64,000 nucleotides of DNA from an uncultured Mycoplasmatota bacterium. Lineage in GTDB: Bacteria; Bacillota_I; Bacilli_A; RF39; UBA660. This document shows positions 19,301 through 30,039 of the stretch, one piece after another. Where the stretch lies: the NCBI GenBank assembly GCA_946497925.1, contig CAMMMG010000001.1, forward strand, positions 6,192 through 70,191, given 5' to 3'. The notes under the pieces were generated by a model. The model searched no databases, was not told where the DNA came from, and saw nothing but the letters and a program-made list of their open reading frames with translations. Position 1 is the first letter of the stretch. Each line of letters starts with the position of its first letter. A program made the translations under genes and the position numbers.

Positions 19301-20686
19301 ATGATTATGTTGAAAGAGAATATTTGGAAGAAGTATGATGCTGTAGAAGTTTCTAAAGTGTTTGAGATGGGTGAAGATTATAAGAAGTTTTTAACTGTTT
19401 CAAAGACAGAAAGAGAATGTAATAAAGAAATTATTAGACGTGCAGAAGAGAAAGGTTTCCACAATATTGTGGATTATATTAAAGAAGAAAGACCATTAAA
19501 GCCAGGAGATAAGATTTATGCTGATAATAGAGGGAAAGCTGTAGTTTTATTTATAATTGGAAAAGATTCTATTACTAAGGGTATGAATATATTAGGAGCA
19601 CATATTGATTCTCCTAGACTTGATTTAAAAGCTAATCCTTTATATGAAGATACAGATTTTGCTTATTTTGATACTCATTATTATGGGGGTATTAAGAAGT
19701 ATCAATGGACTACTATTCCTTTAGCTTTACACGGTGTTATTGTTAAGAAGGATGGTACTAAGATAGATGTTAATATTGGAGAAAGTGATGAAGATCCTGT
19801 ATTTTGTATAACTGATTTACTTCCTCATTTAGCGGGTGAACAGATGAAAAAAGAGGCTTCTAAATTAATTGAGGGTGAAGCTTTAGATGTTTTGATTGGT
19901 AATATGCCTTTAAAAGGTGAAGATAAAGAAGGGGTTAAAGCTAATGTACTTTCTTTATTAAAAGAGAAATATGATATTTCTGAAGATGACTTTTTATCTA
20001 GTGAAATAGAAGTTGTTCCAGCAGGTTCTGCTCGTGATATGGGATTTGATAAGAGTATGGTTTTATCTTATGGTCAAGATGATAGAAGTTGTGCATATTC
20101 ATCATTAATGGCATTTTTAGAGGCAGAAGTTACTGATAAGACTTTATGTTGTATTCTAGTTGATAAAGAAGAGATAGGTAGTGTTGGTTCTACTGGTATG
20201 GGATCTCGTTTCTATGAAAATACTATAGCAGAGGTTTGTCATTTATTAGGTGAAGATAGTTTTGTTGCTGTTAGAAGAGTTTTTTCTAACTCTAAAATGT
20301 TAAGCAGTGATGTTAACGCAGCATATGACCCTCTTTATGCTAGTGTTATGGATAAGCGTAATTCATCATATTTAGCTCGTGGTTTAGTTTTCTGTAAATA
20401 TACAGGTGCTCGTGGTAAGAGTGGTAGTAATGATGCTGATGCTGAATTTATTGCAGAACTTAGAAATATCTTAGATAGTGATAATGTTAGTTATCAAATA
20501 TCAGAGCTTGGTAAAGTAGATGCCGGTGGTGGTGGTACTATTGCCTATATCCTTGCTAATTATGATGTAAAAGTAATTGATGCTGGGGTTGGAGTTTTAA
20601 ATATGCATGCACCTTATGAAGTTACTAGTAAAGTAGATATTTATGAAGCATATAGAGGCTATTTAACATTTTTAATGAAAGCTTAA
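19301..20686 (+). CDS. M18-family aminopeptidase
   Basis: 461 aa. GAHIDSPRLDLKANP resembles the M18 HTDSPCLKVK motif. Glycine-rich metal-binding segments sit near the C-terminus (DAGGGGTIAYIL). Confidence 0.65.
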   Translation: MIMLKENIWKKYDAVEVSKVFEMGEDYKKFLTVSKTERECNKEIIRRAEEKGFHNIVDYIKEERPLKPGDKIYADNRGKAVVLFIIGKDSITKGMNILGAHIDSPRLDLKANPLYEDTDFAYFDTHYYGGIKKYQWTTIPLALHGVIVKKDGTKIDVNIGESDEDPVFCITDLLPHLAGEQMKKEASKLIEGEALDVLIGNMPLKGEDKEGVKANVLSLLKEKYDISEDDFLSSEIEVVPAGSARDMGFDKSMVLSYGQDDRSCAYSSLMAFLEAEVTDKTLCCILVDKEEIGSVGSTGMGSRFYENTIAEVCHLLGEDSFVAVRRVFSNSKMLSSDVNAAYDPLYASVMDKRNSSYLARGLVFCKYTGARGKSGSNDADAEFIAELRNILDSDNVSYQISELGKVDAGGGGTIAYILANYDVKVIDAGVGVLNMHAPYEVTSKVDIYEAYRGYLTFLMKA

Positions 20687-20750
20687 TTTTTAATTGATAA
20701 GATAACTATAATATGTTATCTTATTTTTAGTAGTAAAGGAGAATTGTTGT

Positions 20751-22349
20751 ATGGATATTATTAAAGAATTTAATAAAAATGATAAGATGTTTCAAAAAGA
20801 AGCAGTGGAATATGCTAAAAAGAATAAAGATGAAGTTAGTGATGTTTTGTTAAGTCATTTAAAAGACTTTGTTTCTAATATGGATAAAAATAAAGAATGT
20901 CCTTTTAGTGTTGTATATGCTGTCTTTTTGTTAGCAGAATTTAAAGATAAGCGACTATTTAAAGTAATAATAGATATTTTTAGTAAAGAAGGGTATGATT
21001 TTTATAATTTGTTAGGTGACTGGGCTTATGATAATTTATCTTCTATTATAGTTAGTGTATTTGATGGAGATTTTGATTCTATAAATAAAGTTATTGAAAA
21101 TAAAAATATAGATGAAAATATAAGAGGTTATTTTTTAAAGACATATGTCTATTTCTGTGAAAATGGATTAATAACAAAAGATGTAGTAGAAAAATATTTA
21201 TTAAAACTTCTTGATCTTTATGATTATATAGATGATGAAGATGATATGGATGATATTTATACAGATATTATGGAAGTTATTGCAAGCCTTCATTTATTTT
21301 CTTTAATGAATGAAGTTAAGAAAATGTATTATTATGGAGTTATAAATACTATGATGATAGGTGATTATGATAGTTTTGTTGATTATATATTTAATTATGA
21401 TTATAAATTAGTTAGAATTAAGCCTATTGATGATACAATTAAGTCAATGAGTTGGTGGGCATGTTTTGATAATAGAGAAGATGTTTTTGATGAAGATAAA
21501 GTTTCAAAAATGTTTGAATCTTTTATAGAAGAAGAGACTAAAGCGAATAATATGAAAGATCCTTCTAAAGTAGGCAGAAATGATCCTTGTCCATGTGGAA
21601 GTGGTAAGAAATATAAAAAATGTTGTATTAATAAAGAAAGTAATTTTTTACCATATCAATCTTATATTACTAAGAGTTTAGATGAATATCCTAAAAAGAA
21701 AACTAGTAGTGATGAATATGATTTATATGATTTTTATAAAGAAGAATATATTGAGATAGATAAACTTTTATATAATGTGTTAAAACATAAGGCAATACCT
21801 ATGTTTATTAATAGAGATTATTTAAAGGAAAATAGAATTAATATAGACTATTTAAAAGAAGCTTTTGATAAGATAAAAGTAGTTGTTAAAAATAATTCGT
21901 TTAAAACTATAAATGATTATGATGAAAAAGTATCTATTCATTATAGTTTATATCAATTTTTTGAAAGATATAGTAAATTACTTATGGAAATGATTAATAA
22001 ACATATACCAAAAGAGAAAGAATATTTAGTGTTTTTAGAAGAATTGGTTGATTTCTTTTATGATAGTTTTGATTTAAATGATTCTAACGAAACACTTTTC
22101 TTAAATGTTAAAGATTTCTTATTTAATGCTAAGGGAAAGATAGATGAAGGAATAGAGTATTTTAAAGAAAAATTAAAAACTTGTGATTATAGTGTTAAGT
22201 TTGATGTTTATCAGATGCTTATAGAGTTATATGAAGAGAAAGATTATGACTTAGCATGTGAAAAATTAGAAGAGTATATAGATAAAGAAACTGACAATGA
22301 TTTAAAAGAGTATTTAGAAGAAATGTTAATGGATTATAGGGAGTATTAA
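20751..22349 (+). CDS. hypothetical protein with SEC-C metal-binding motif
   Basis: 532 aa containing [17 protein letters not shown], the SecA C-terminal zinc-binding (SEC-C) motif. It is the first gene of a tightly packed seven-gene operon. Confidence 0.6.
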   Translation: MDIIKEFNKNDKMFQKEAVEYAKKNKDEVSDVLLSHLKDFVSNMDKNKECPFSVVYAVFLLAEFKDKRLFKVIIDIFSKEGYDFYNLLGDWAYDNLSSIIVSVFDGDFDSINKVIENKNIDENIRGYFLKTYVYFCENGLITKDVVEKYLLKLLDLYDYIDDEDDMDDIYTDIMEVIASLHLFSLMNEVKKMYYYGVINTMMIGDYDSFVDYIFNYDYKLVRIKPIDDTIKSMSWWACFDNREDVFDEDKVSKMFESFIEEETKANNMKDPSKVGRNDPCPCGSGKKYKKCCINKESNFLPYQSYITKSLDEYPKKKTSSDEYDLYDFYKEEYIEIDKLLYNVLKHKAIPMFINRDYLKENRINIDYLKEAFDKIKVVVKNNSFKTINDYDEKVSIHYSLYQFFERYSKLLMEMINKHIPKEKEYLVFLEELVDFFYDSFDLNDSNETLFLNVKDFLFNAKGKIDEGIEYFKEKLKTCDYSVKFDVYQMLIELYEEKDYDLACEKLEEYIDKETDNDLKEYLEEMLMDYREY

Positions 22350-22350
22350 G

Positions 22351-23304
22351 ATGAGTTTTAAATTAATTGCATATTTAGAAGGATTTGAAAAGGAAATTAT
22401 TAGAGAAATTAATGTTAATAGTAATATAAATTTACAGATGTTTTGTGAGAATATTATTTTATCTATGAATGGAGAATGTAAACATTTATATCAATTAGTT
22501 GTTAATGATTCATATGCATATTTAGGACCTGGTTGTGAGGTTTTTGATCCTGATGTTGAAGAGATGATGAGTGATGATATGACTTTTGGACATTTATTTC
22601 TTTATGTAGGTGATGAACTATTACTAAATTATGATTTTAGATGTGACTATGATATTCGTATTAAAGTTGTAAGAGCATTTGATAATAAGAAGTTTGATAA
22701 AGATTTTTATGTTGTTTCTGGTAAAGGTTTAGGATTAATAGAAGGAGAAGTTTCATTTGTTCTTAGAATGTTAATTAATTCTCGTAAGCCTATACCTTAT
22801 GATATTAATGCTTTTGATAAAGATAAGATTAATAATAAGATAGATAATTATTTATTAGAAAGAGATAGTATTAAACCTAAACATTATATATTAAATATAG
22901 ATTTAGAAGATATGGATAAAGAGTTTAAAAGACAAATATCTATAGACAGTGATATTAGTATTCATACTTTGTGTGATGCAGTTATATTGTCAGTGAATGG
23001 AAAACTTAATGATGATTATAAAGTTAAGATAAGGAGAAATTATTTAGAAGATGAAGATATTAATAAAGATATGAATTATTTGAAATTAAAAGAGAATCAA
23101 AAATTTAAAATCATTTATGAAGATAAATTTATCTTTAATGTAAGAGTTAGTAAGGCTTTAGATAATTATGGACTAAAAAGATGTTATGTTGTAAAGGGTA
23201 AAGGGAAGATAGATGAGTTAAGTAAAGATGATTTTGATTTAGATAAGGTTAATTTTAATATTGATAATATATTGTTTAGTATATTTAATCTAGGTGAGAT
23301 ATGA
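22351..23304 (+). CDS. two-domain protein, PRiA4b ORF-3-like family (paralog of 24556..25551)
   Basis: An internal tandem repeat of an ~150-aa module, each ending in a VVSGKGLGLIEGE / VVKGKGKIDE glycine-rich patch. It is a paralog of the gene at 24556. Confidence 0.5.
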   Translation: MSFKLIAYLEGFEKEIIREINVNSNINLQMFCENIILSMNGECKHLYQLVVNDSYAYLGPGCEVFDPDVEEMMSDDMTFGHLFLYVGDELLLNYDFRCDYDIRIKVVRAFDNKKFDKDFYVVSGKGLGLIEGEVSFVLRMLINSRKPIPYDINAFDKDKINNKIDNYLLERDSIKPKHYILNIDLEDMDKEFKRQISIDSDISIHTLCDAVILSVNGKLNDDYKVKIRRNYLEDEDINKDMNYLKLKENQKFKIIYEDKFIFNVRVSKALDNYGLKRCYVVKGKGKIDELSKDDFDLDKVNFNIDNILFSIFNLGEI

Positions 23305-23798
23305 GTAAAATATTTTTAATTGCAGATACACATTTTAATCATAGTAATATTATCAAATATTGTAATAGACCTTTTAGTGATATAGATGATATGAATAATA
23401 CTATTATTAATAATTGGAATAGGGTAGTAGATAGTGAAGATATTGTTTATCATTTAGGAGATTTTTTGTTAGGTGATAATATAGAATCTTTTCTTAAAAG
23501 ACTTAATGGTAAGATTTATTTAATTAGAGGGAATCATGATGGTAAGTCAATTAACTTTTATAATAAAGTAGGGTTAGAAGTTTTACCAACAAAGACTAAG
23601 TTAGATGAATATAAAATTATATTATCTTATAGACCTTTAGAGGATAGAGGGATATCTAATGGTTATATTAATGTACATGGACATATTCATAATGGCAAGT
23701 TAGATAGTTCTTTTGATCCTAGTAAACATAAATGTGTATCAGTTGAGATGATTGATTATAAACCGGTAGAAATAAATAAGGTTAAGAAAGAGGTATAG
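23301..23798 (+). CDS. small metallophosphoesterase (calcineurin-like)
   Basis: MSKIFLIADTHFNHSN...YHLGDF...RGNHDG...HGHIH gives the complete set of MPE metal-binding motifs. Confidence 0.8.
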   Translation: MSKIFLIADTHFNHSNIIKYCNRPFSDIDDMNNTIINNWNRVVDSEDIVYHLGDFLLGDNIESFLKRLNGKIYLIRGNHDGKSINFYNKVGLEVLPTKTKLDEYKIILSYRPLEDRGISNGYINVHGHIHNGKLDSSFDPSKHKCVSVEMIDYKPVEINKVKKEV

Positions 23799-23800
23799 TT

Positions 23801-24547
23801 ATGAATAAAGAACAATTATTTGCAGATGATATGAGGAATATAATGCTTAATATGAGGAAACATATGTTAAATAGAAAATCTTATATTAAGAAATATAATA
23901 AATATAGGAAGATTCATGCTGATATTTTAGAGAGTATGGCTTCTTATATTCTTGATGGTAAATATGATTTTGGAAAATATATTAGAGAAATAAATAAAGA
24001 TAGGGATACTAGTAAGATTGAGAAATTAAAGGCTTTTGATCTTTCTTCTGATAATCCTGATGATGTTTCTATAATGATTGAACTTTTTGCCTATAAAAAT
24101 TTAAAAGAAGTACCTTCTGTTACAGAGATATACTTAGAAAAAAACAAATTTAAAAATGAAGATAAAGTTAAATTATTAAAGGCAATGAATGAGTCTTATG
24201 TAGGATTATTTAAAGTAGTTGATATAGATTTTGATAATGCTTATGTTACTTATGAAGATGTATTTACTAAAAAGAGATTTAAAGTAATAGATATATCTAT
24301 GAGTACTTTTTCTGAAGTAGATAAAAATAGTCCTATTTATCTTTATAATAGAGTTATTACTGTTGATGGTATATCTTTTGGTACTGGCATTCATTGTAAT
24401 ATTAATTATAAGAATAAAGAATTTAAGAAATTTCTTAAAGAACATGATTATGAGAATGGTACAGATTTTTATAGATGTCTAGTGTTATATGAGATTTCTA
24501 AGAATGAGAAGAATAATAGGGTTAGATATAATATTAATTATAGGTAG
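23801..24547 (+). CDS. hypothetical protein, family D (paralog of 26505..27275)
   Basis: About 45% identical to the 26505 ORF. Shared blocks include KKYNKYRKI...ILDGKYD... and ...PSVTEIYLEKNK..., VTYEDVFTKKRFKVIDI and DGISFGTGIHC. Confidence 0.55.
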   Translation: MNKEQLFADDMRNIMLNMRKHMLNRKSYIKKYNKYRKIHADILESMASYILDGKYDFGKYIREINKDRDTSKIEKLKAFDLSSDNPDDVSIMIELFAYKNLKEVPSVTEIYLEKNKFKNEDKVKLLKAMNESYVGLFKVVDIDFDNAYVTYEDVFTKKRFKVIDISMSTFSEVDKNSPIYLYNRVITVDGISFGTGIHCNINYKNKEFKKFLKEHDYENGTDFYRCLVLYEISKNEKNNRVRYNINYR

Positions 24548-24555
24548 GTTATGTT

Positions 24556-25551
24556 ATGAGAATAGTATTTAATGTTTATGTTGATAATTTAGAAAAAGTT
24601 ATTAATAGAAAGATAGAAGTTAGTTCATCAATAAAATTAGATGATTTTTGTGAATATATTATAGTTTCTTTGAATGGTTATAAAACTTATAGTTATTTTT
24701 TAGATGATGATGATTATGAATATTATAAAACTAAAGAGGATGATGTTATAAGTTTAAAGGATTTAGATATAACTAAAGAAAGTAAATTTGTTTTATTTTA
24801 TGATTTAGATTCAACTTATTATATTAATATTGATGTTATTGATATTGTAGAAGAAGATAATAGTGATATTTTTAAAGTAATAGATGGTAAAGGTTATGGG
24901 ATCCTTGAAGGTTATAGGTATAAACTTGTTGGATATTTTAATTATAGTCTTAAAGATAGAAAAAAATTCTTGGAGCGTTTTTCTAAAAGCTTTTTAGAAT
25001 TTATTAATAAAAAGTTTGATTTAGATGAATGTAATAATAGAGTATTTAGTTATATGGATGAAAAAAAAGAAAGGATAAAGCCTAAGACTTATATATTTAA
25101 TATATCTTTAGAAGGGTTTGCAAGAGAGATTAAAAGAAAGATTGCTGTTAATAATGATATTTCTATTGATGACTTTTGTATGAAAGTTGTTTTGTCTATG
25201 AGAGGGGATTTATTTCATTGTTATGGTTTAAAAGTAGGTAAGGAAATGTTAGATGAGGAGTTAGGTGATATGGAACTTAATTCAGTAGTTTTAAAAGATA
25301 AAGCGAAATTTAAAGTTATTTATGATTTTGGAGATAACTGGATTATTAATGTTTCTTTAAGTAAAATTGTTGATGGTTATAGTGAATCTTGTTTTTCAGT
25401 TTTATCTGGTAAAGGTTATGGACTTGTTGATGATTGTGGTGGACCATATTATTTAAATAGAATATTTAATGGTGAAAATGAGATGTGGGAGAAGGTTGAT
25501 ATTAACGATTTTGATTTAGATGAATGTAATAGAGTTGTTGGTAATAAATAA
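24556..25551 (+). CDS. two-domain protein, PRiA4b ORF-3-like family (paralog of 22351..23304)
   Basis: A tandem repeat of the same module as the 22351 ORF. It contains ...KVIYDFGDNWIINVSLSKI... and ...VLSGKGYGLVDDCGGPYY. Confidence 0.5.
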   Translation: MRIVFNVYVDNLEKVINRKIEVSSSIKLDDFCEYIIVSLNGYKTYSYFLDDDDYEYYKTKEDDVISLKDLDITKESKFVLFYDLDSTYYINIDVIDIVEEDNSDIFKVIDGKGYGILEGYRYKLVGYFNYSLKDRKKFLERFSKSFLEFINKKFDLDECNNRVFSYMDEKKERIKPKTYIFNISLEGFAREIKRKIAVNNDISIDDFCMKVVLSMRGDLFHCYGLKVGKEMLDEELGDMELNSVVLKDKAKFKVIYDFGDNWIINVSLSKIVDGYSESCFSVLSGKGYGLVDDCGGPYYLNRIFNGENEMWEKVDINDFDLDECNRVVGNK

Positions 25552-25562
25552 TAGAGGTTTGT

Positions 25563-26429
25563 ATGAAAAGGGAATTTAAAGTATTTGGATTTAGTATGAT
25601 TATAAATTTATTTATATCTATTATTAAGATAAGTGGAGGAGTTTATTTTAATTTTGCATCTTTAATATCAGATGGAATGCAGACATTGAGTGATTTTATT
25701 ACTGATATTGTTTCTTTTATTGGAATAAAAGTATCTAAAAAACGTCCTACTAAAAGTCATCCTTTTGGTTTTGGTAAGATGGAGTATATTATAAATTTAG
25801 TAATAGGAGTTATATTATTACTATTATCTATTTTTATAGTAGTTAATGGCTTTATTAGTAAATGGCATATTCCATCACTTCTAGTATTATTAATCTTATT
25901 TATAGCTTTAATACTTAAGATAATAACTTTGTTTTTTCTTTATTCAGTTGGGAAAAAGATAAATAGTCAGTTACTAATTACATCTTATCAAGAATCAAAG
26001 ATGGATTTATATTCTTCTATAGGAGTTATTGTGGCGACTATTTTATTACAATTTTCAGATGATATTGTTATATTTAGATATGTTGATGTAGTAGTTGCAC
26101 TTGTAATGGGATTTGTTGTATTTAAAACAGCTTTTAATATTTTAAAAGATAATTCTATGAATTTAATAGGTAAGGTTGAAGATAATTTAGAACTTTATAA
26201 GAAAATAGAAGAGTTTTTATTAGATATAAAAGGAGTAGAGAAAGTTAAATTTTATTTAATACGTTATGGTAAATATTATAAGATTCAATTAATGGTAGAG
26301 ATGGATGCTAATCTTACACTTAGACAAGTTACAAGATTAGAAGAGAAAATTAAAAAAGAATTAGTTTCTCATAGAAGCTTTGGAGTTAAGTATCCTACTA
26401 TATATGTTACATCTAATCTTGATGATTAG
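25563..26429 (+). CDS. cation diffusion facilitator (CDF) family divalent-cation efflux transporter
   Basis: Six TM helices with the CDF signature SLISDGMQTLSDFITDIVSFIG...HPFGFGKMEY and a C-terminal cytoplasmic domain. Confidence 0.8.
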   Translation: MKREFKVFGFSMIINLFISIIKISGGVYFNFASLISDGMQTLSDFITDIVSFIGIKVSKKRPTKSHPFGFGKMEYIINLVIGVILLLLSIFIVVNGFISKWHIPSLLVLLILFIALILKIITLFFLYSVGKKINSQLLITSYQESKMDLYSSIGVIVATILLQFSDDIVIFRYVDVVVALVMGFVVFKTAFNILKDNSMNLIGKVEDNLELYKKIEEFLLDIKGVEKVKFYLIRYGKYYKIQLMVEMDANLTLRQVTRLEEKIKKELVSHRSFGVKYPTIYVTSNLDD

Positions 26430-26504
26430 GAAGATATATTTTATAATCTAGTATAGATAAATTTATTTTTATAGTATAATTTGTTAAAAAAGAGGTAAAA
26501 AATT

Positions 26505-27275
26505 ATGGATGATGTTTTAGAAAGAATACTTGCTAATTTTAGTGAAGAAGATAGAGCTAGACTTTTCTTTAATGCAAGACAGTATCAATTAAATAGAAAG
26601 GCTCATATTAAAAAGTATAATAAATTTAGAAAATTACAGAGTGAAGTTATTGATAGTATGGAAAACTATATTTTAGATGGTAAATATGATATAAATAAAT
26701 ATCTTAAAGATATGACTAGTAAAGTTAATTTTGATAAATTAAAAGATAAGAGATTTTTTAATTTCGATTATGATGATCCTGATGATAGAACAATATTAGA
26801 CGAACTATTTATATATAAAAATATTGAAGGTATACCTTCAGTAACTGAGATATATTTGGAGAAGAATAAACTTAGAAATGAAGATAAAGTTAAGATGTTA
26901 AATGCTATGAATAATTCTTATGTAAGTCTATTTAAAATAGTCGGTGTTGATAGAGAAGATGCTTATGTAATATATGAGGATGTTTTTACTAAAAAGAGAT
27001 ATAAGATTATAGATATTGCTATGAGTGGTTCTGTTGTAATAGATAAGAAAAGACCAATATATTATTATAATAGAATAATTACTATTGATGGTATATCTTA
27101 TGGTACTGGTATTCATTGTATTATGACTGGTGATAATAAAGAGTTAATTAATTTTATTAAGAAACATGATTATAAAAAGAGTCCTGATTTTTATAGATGT
27201 TTAATGTTATATGCTATATCTAAAAAAGAAGAAAATATGGAAGTTAGTTATAATAATAGGTATGGTTATAGATAG
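26505..27275 (+). CDS. hypothetical protein, family D (paralog of 23801..24547)
   Basis: See the 23801 ORF. The last gene of the operon. A terminator hairpin follows at 27278-27307. Confidence 0.55.
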   Translation: MDDVLERILANFSEEDRARLFFNARQYQLNRKAHIKKYNKFRKLQSEVIDSMENYILDGKYDINKYLKDMTSKVNFDKLKDKRFFNFDYDDPDDRTILDELFIYKNIEGIPSVTEIYLEKNKLRNEDKVKMLNAMNNSYVSLFKIVGVDREDAYVIYEDVFTKKRYKIIDIAMSGSVVIDKKRPIYYYNRIITIDGISYGTGIHCIMTGDNKELINFIKKHDYKKSPDFYRCLMLYAISKKEENMEVSYNNRYGYR

Positions 27276-27277
27276 AA

Positions 27278-27307
27278 AGATACATTTTGATAAAGTATCT
27301 TTTTTTA
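27278..27307 (+). terminator. rho-independent terminator
   Basis: Stem AGATAC / GTATCT followed by the run TTTTTTTT. Confidence 0.5.
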
Positions 27308-27522
27308 AAATTTCTAAATAAAAAACTATTGCTTACTGGTGCAACAGTTAAAACCTCTATAAGTCCCAGACTATAAGTAAAGGACTAAGTTGATAAATAT
27401 GATACAAGATAAAATTTAGCTTGTCAAGATATTCATAATTATGATATGTTTTCTTTAATAAAAATATACTATATAATAAAAAATGGGTAATATTAATATA
27501 TTAAAATAATACAAGATAGGAG

Positions 27523-28608
27523 TTGTTATTAATGGCACATTATAATTCTTATGAAAGTTTTAAAACTAAAAAGAGTATGGATAAAAAGAAAAGAGCAAAG
27601 GGAAAAACATTAGGAAAGAAAAATAATAAAACAGATGATTTTGTTATTAAAAGTAGTGATAAATATGGAATAGTAATTGAGGTTAGATATAAAGATGCAT
27701 ATGTTTTATATGATGAAGAAGTAGTTTTAGCAAAGCTTAGAAATGATATAAATATGGTATGTAATCAAGTCATTTTTCCTGGTGATAAGGTTGTATTAAA
27801 TAAAAATGGTAATACTTATTTTATAATTAATATGTTAGAAAGAACATCTTTATTGTCTCGAGTTAAAAAGGATAGTACAAGACTTGATGATGTCGGTTTA
27901 ATAAAAAATATAGCTGCTAATGTTGATATAGCAGTAATTGTTGTTGCAGCTAAGGAACCACCTCTTCATCCAAAATTTATAGATAGGTATTTAATGATTT
28001 TACAAAATAGTAATATTAAAGCTTTAATTTGTTTAAATAAATGTGATTTTAAAACTAATAAAGAAGAAAAAATTCTAAATACTTATAGAGAACTTAATAT
28101 TCCTGTTATTTATACTTCAACATATCAAAATATTGGTATTGATGATTTAAAAAAATATTTATTTGGTAAGCAAGCTATAATGGTTGGTAATAGTGGTGTT
28201 GGGAAATCATCACTTACTAATGCAATTATGAATGATGATGAAATTAAAACTGGTCATATTAGTGGTAAAAGTAAACGTGGTCGTCATACTACTACATCTT
28301 CTAAATATTATATATGGGAGGGAAACTCATCTATTATAGATACTCCAGGTATAAGAAGTCTTGATGTTTCGTCATTTAGTCCAATAGAAATTCAAGATTA
28401 TTTTCCTGAATTTAATAATTTTAAAGAGAAATGTAAGTATCGTGACTGTTTACATTATAATGAACCATATGATTCTTGCATTGTTAAACAAGATGTTACT
28501 AGTGGATTAATTAATATTAATAGGTATGAAAGTTATTTGAGAATTATGAGTGATGTTTTAAATGATAATAATTATGAAGATATTTTAGATGATATTAAAA
28601 GCAGGTAG
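27523..28608 (+). CDS. rsgA: ribosome small-subunit-dependent GTPase A
   Basis: G-motifs in the circularly permuted order typical of RsgA: LNKCD, then GNSGVGKSSL, then DTPG. The C-terminal zinc finger is CKYRDCLHYNEPYDSCIV. The N-terminal ~60-aa lysine-rich extension is atypical. Confidence 0.85.
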   Translation: MLLMAHYNSYESFKTKKSMDKKKRAKGKTLGKKNNKTDDFVIKSSDKYGIVIEVRYKDAYVLYDEEVVLAKLRNDINMVCNQVIFPGDKVVLNKNGNTYFIINMLERTSLLSRVKKDSTRLDDVGLIKNIAANVDIAVIVVAAKEPPLHPKFIDRYLMILQNSNIKALICLNKCDFKTNKEEKILNTYRELNIPVIYTSTYQNIGIDDLKKYLFGKQAIMVGNSGVGKSSLTNAIMNDDEIKTGHISGKSKRGRHTTTSSKYYIWEGNSSIIDTPGIRSLDVSSFSPIEIQDYFPEFNNFKEKCKYRDCLHYNEPYDSCIVKQDVTSGLININRYESYLRIMSDVLNDNNYEDILDDIKSR

Positions 28609-28741
28609 TAGTTCATAATAGACTTTTATTGATGATAGTGTGCTTATTTATAATAGTGATTCTAGTGAATTAGAAATATTTGGTAATGTTTTAACTTTTG
28701 CTCCTAAAGATAAATGATTATGTTTGATATATGGAGGTTAA

Positions 28742-29167
28742 TTGATGGAAAAAAGAGTTAGTGTTAGAGGTATTATTATTGATGGTGATAAAGTATATGC
28801 TATATTTAGAAGAAGAGTTAATGATGATGGAACTTTTAAAGAATATTATGTTATACCTGGTGGAGGATTAGAAAAAGGGGAAACTTTAGAAGAAACATTA
28901 ATACGAGAGTTGAAGGAAGAACTATCGATAGATGTTGATATTATTGGTTATTTAGGATTTGATGAGGATGATACTTCTATTGCTCATTTTTTTAAATGTA
29001 AAATACTTAATGGTATTCCTATTCTTGGAGGAGAAGAATTAGAAAGATGTTCTAGTGATAATTATTATGAAATTAGAAAAGTAAATATTTGTGACTTATA
29101 TAGTATTGATATACTGGCTAAAGATATGATAATGAAAGCTTATAATGATGAGTTTATAGAATTATAA
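28742..29167 (+). CDS. NUDIX hydrolase
   Basis: Nudix box GGGLEKGETLEETLIRELKEELSID (GX5EX7REUXEEXGU). Confidence 0.85.
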   Translation: MMEKRVSVRGIIIDGDKVYAIFRRRVNDDGTFKEYYVIPGGGLEKGETLEETLIRELKEELSIDVDIIGYLGFDEDDTSIAHFFKCKILNGIPILGGEELERCSSDNYYEIRKVNICDLYSIDILAKDMIMKAYNDEFIEL

Positions 29168-29216
29168 TAGTAGCAAAAAAGGGCTTTTTACATATTTTAA
29201 TGTAGAGGTGAATATT

Positions 29217-29263
29217 ATGAATGAGCGAATAGTGACAGGTGTTGTTGTAGATGCCGGTCATGG
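29217..29263 (+). pseudogene. N-terminal fragment (15 codons) of an interrupted N-acetylmuramoyl-L-alanine amidase (Amidase_3) gene
   Basis: RBS AGAGGTG precedes ATG AAT GAG CGA ATA GTG ACA GGT GTT GTT GTA GAT GCC GGT CAT GG, giving MNERIVTGVVVDAGHG. This is the canonical Amidase_3 start (VVIDAGHGG). The frame then runs into element DNA and stops after 8 codons. Confidence 0.85.
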
Positions 29264-29375
29264 AGGAATGGGAGTATCCCAAAAATAGGGAAATGACTAT
29301 GAATACTGATAAATACAAGTAAAAGAGATACTTTAGTGAGAAAAGTGTCTTTTTTAGTGATATAATAGCTTTTAG

Positions 29376-30038
29376 GTGAGAAGTATTGTGAAAGATGAAA
29401 ATAAATATAAAACAAAGAAAGAAATTGTTAAAGAATTTGATAATATATTTAATGCATATAAATATTATCTTTATAATGAGTATAAGATTACAGATACATT
29501 TAATTATAAAAATATTTTAATAACTAGCATTTTGAATAGAAGTTTGGCTTTAATAGAGGCTTATAAAAGACTATTGCCAAGTAATAATATAATGGTTTTA
29601 AATTCTTTGATTAGACTTCAATTAGATAATTGCATTTTTGTGTATGCAATGCATATGCTAGTTGATGCTGGTTATAATATAGATGATTTGGGCGAAAATA
29701 TTATACATAAAAATAGAAAATTAAGTTCTTATAAAATAGGAAAGCAAAAAATGACAGATTTTTATTTGATAAGCAAAATTGATGAAAAATATGGGAATAA
29801 AATAAAAGAAATGTATAATTTTTATTGTAGGTTTGTTCATTTTTCTGATAGTGCTTTGATTTCTTCTTCACAATTAGTTGGTAATAATGGCTTATCAATT
29901 GGCATTACTAAAGACTATACTAGGTTTAAAAAACATATTATTGTGAATGCCAATTCATTTGTTAATTTATGCAAATTTTTGTTGATTTTGATTAGAAAAG
30001 AGTGGAAAGATATACCGAATGGTAAAAATTTAGTTTAA
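29376..30038 (+). CDS. hypothetical protein (220 aa), first gene of element 1
   Basis: GTG start after an extended -10 element TGATATAAT. No recognisable motif. Confidence 0.5.
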   Translation: MRSIVKDENKYKTKKEIVKEFDNIFNAYKYYLYNEYKITDTFNYKNILITSILNRSLALIEAYKRLLPSNNIMVLNSLIRLQLDNCIFVYAMHMLVDAGYNIDDLGENIIHKNRKLSSYKIGKQKMTDFYLISKIDEKYGNKIKEMYNFYCRFVHFSDSALISSSQLVGNNGLSIGITKDYTRFKKHIIVNANSFVNLCKFLLILIRKEWKDIPNGKNLV

Positions 30039-30039
30039 T

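Noticed and set aside
29215-29415. 66-aa minus-strand track ORF spanning the amidase N-fragment and the element-1 left end
   Set aside because: It is antisense to the Amidase_3 start codon region and to the promoter of the first element gene. No RBS.
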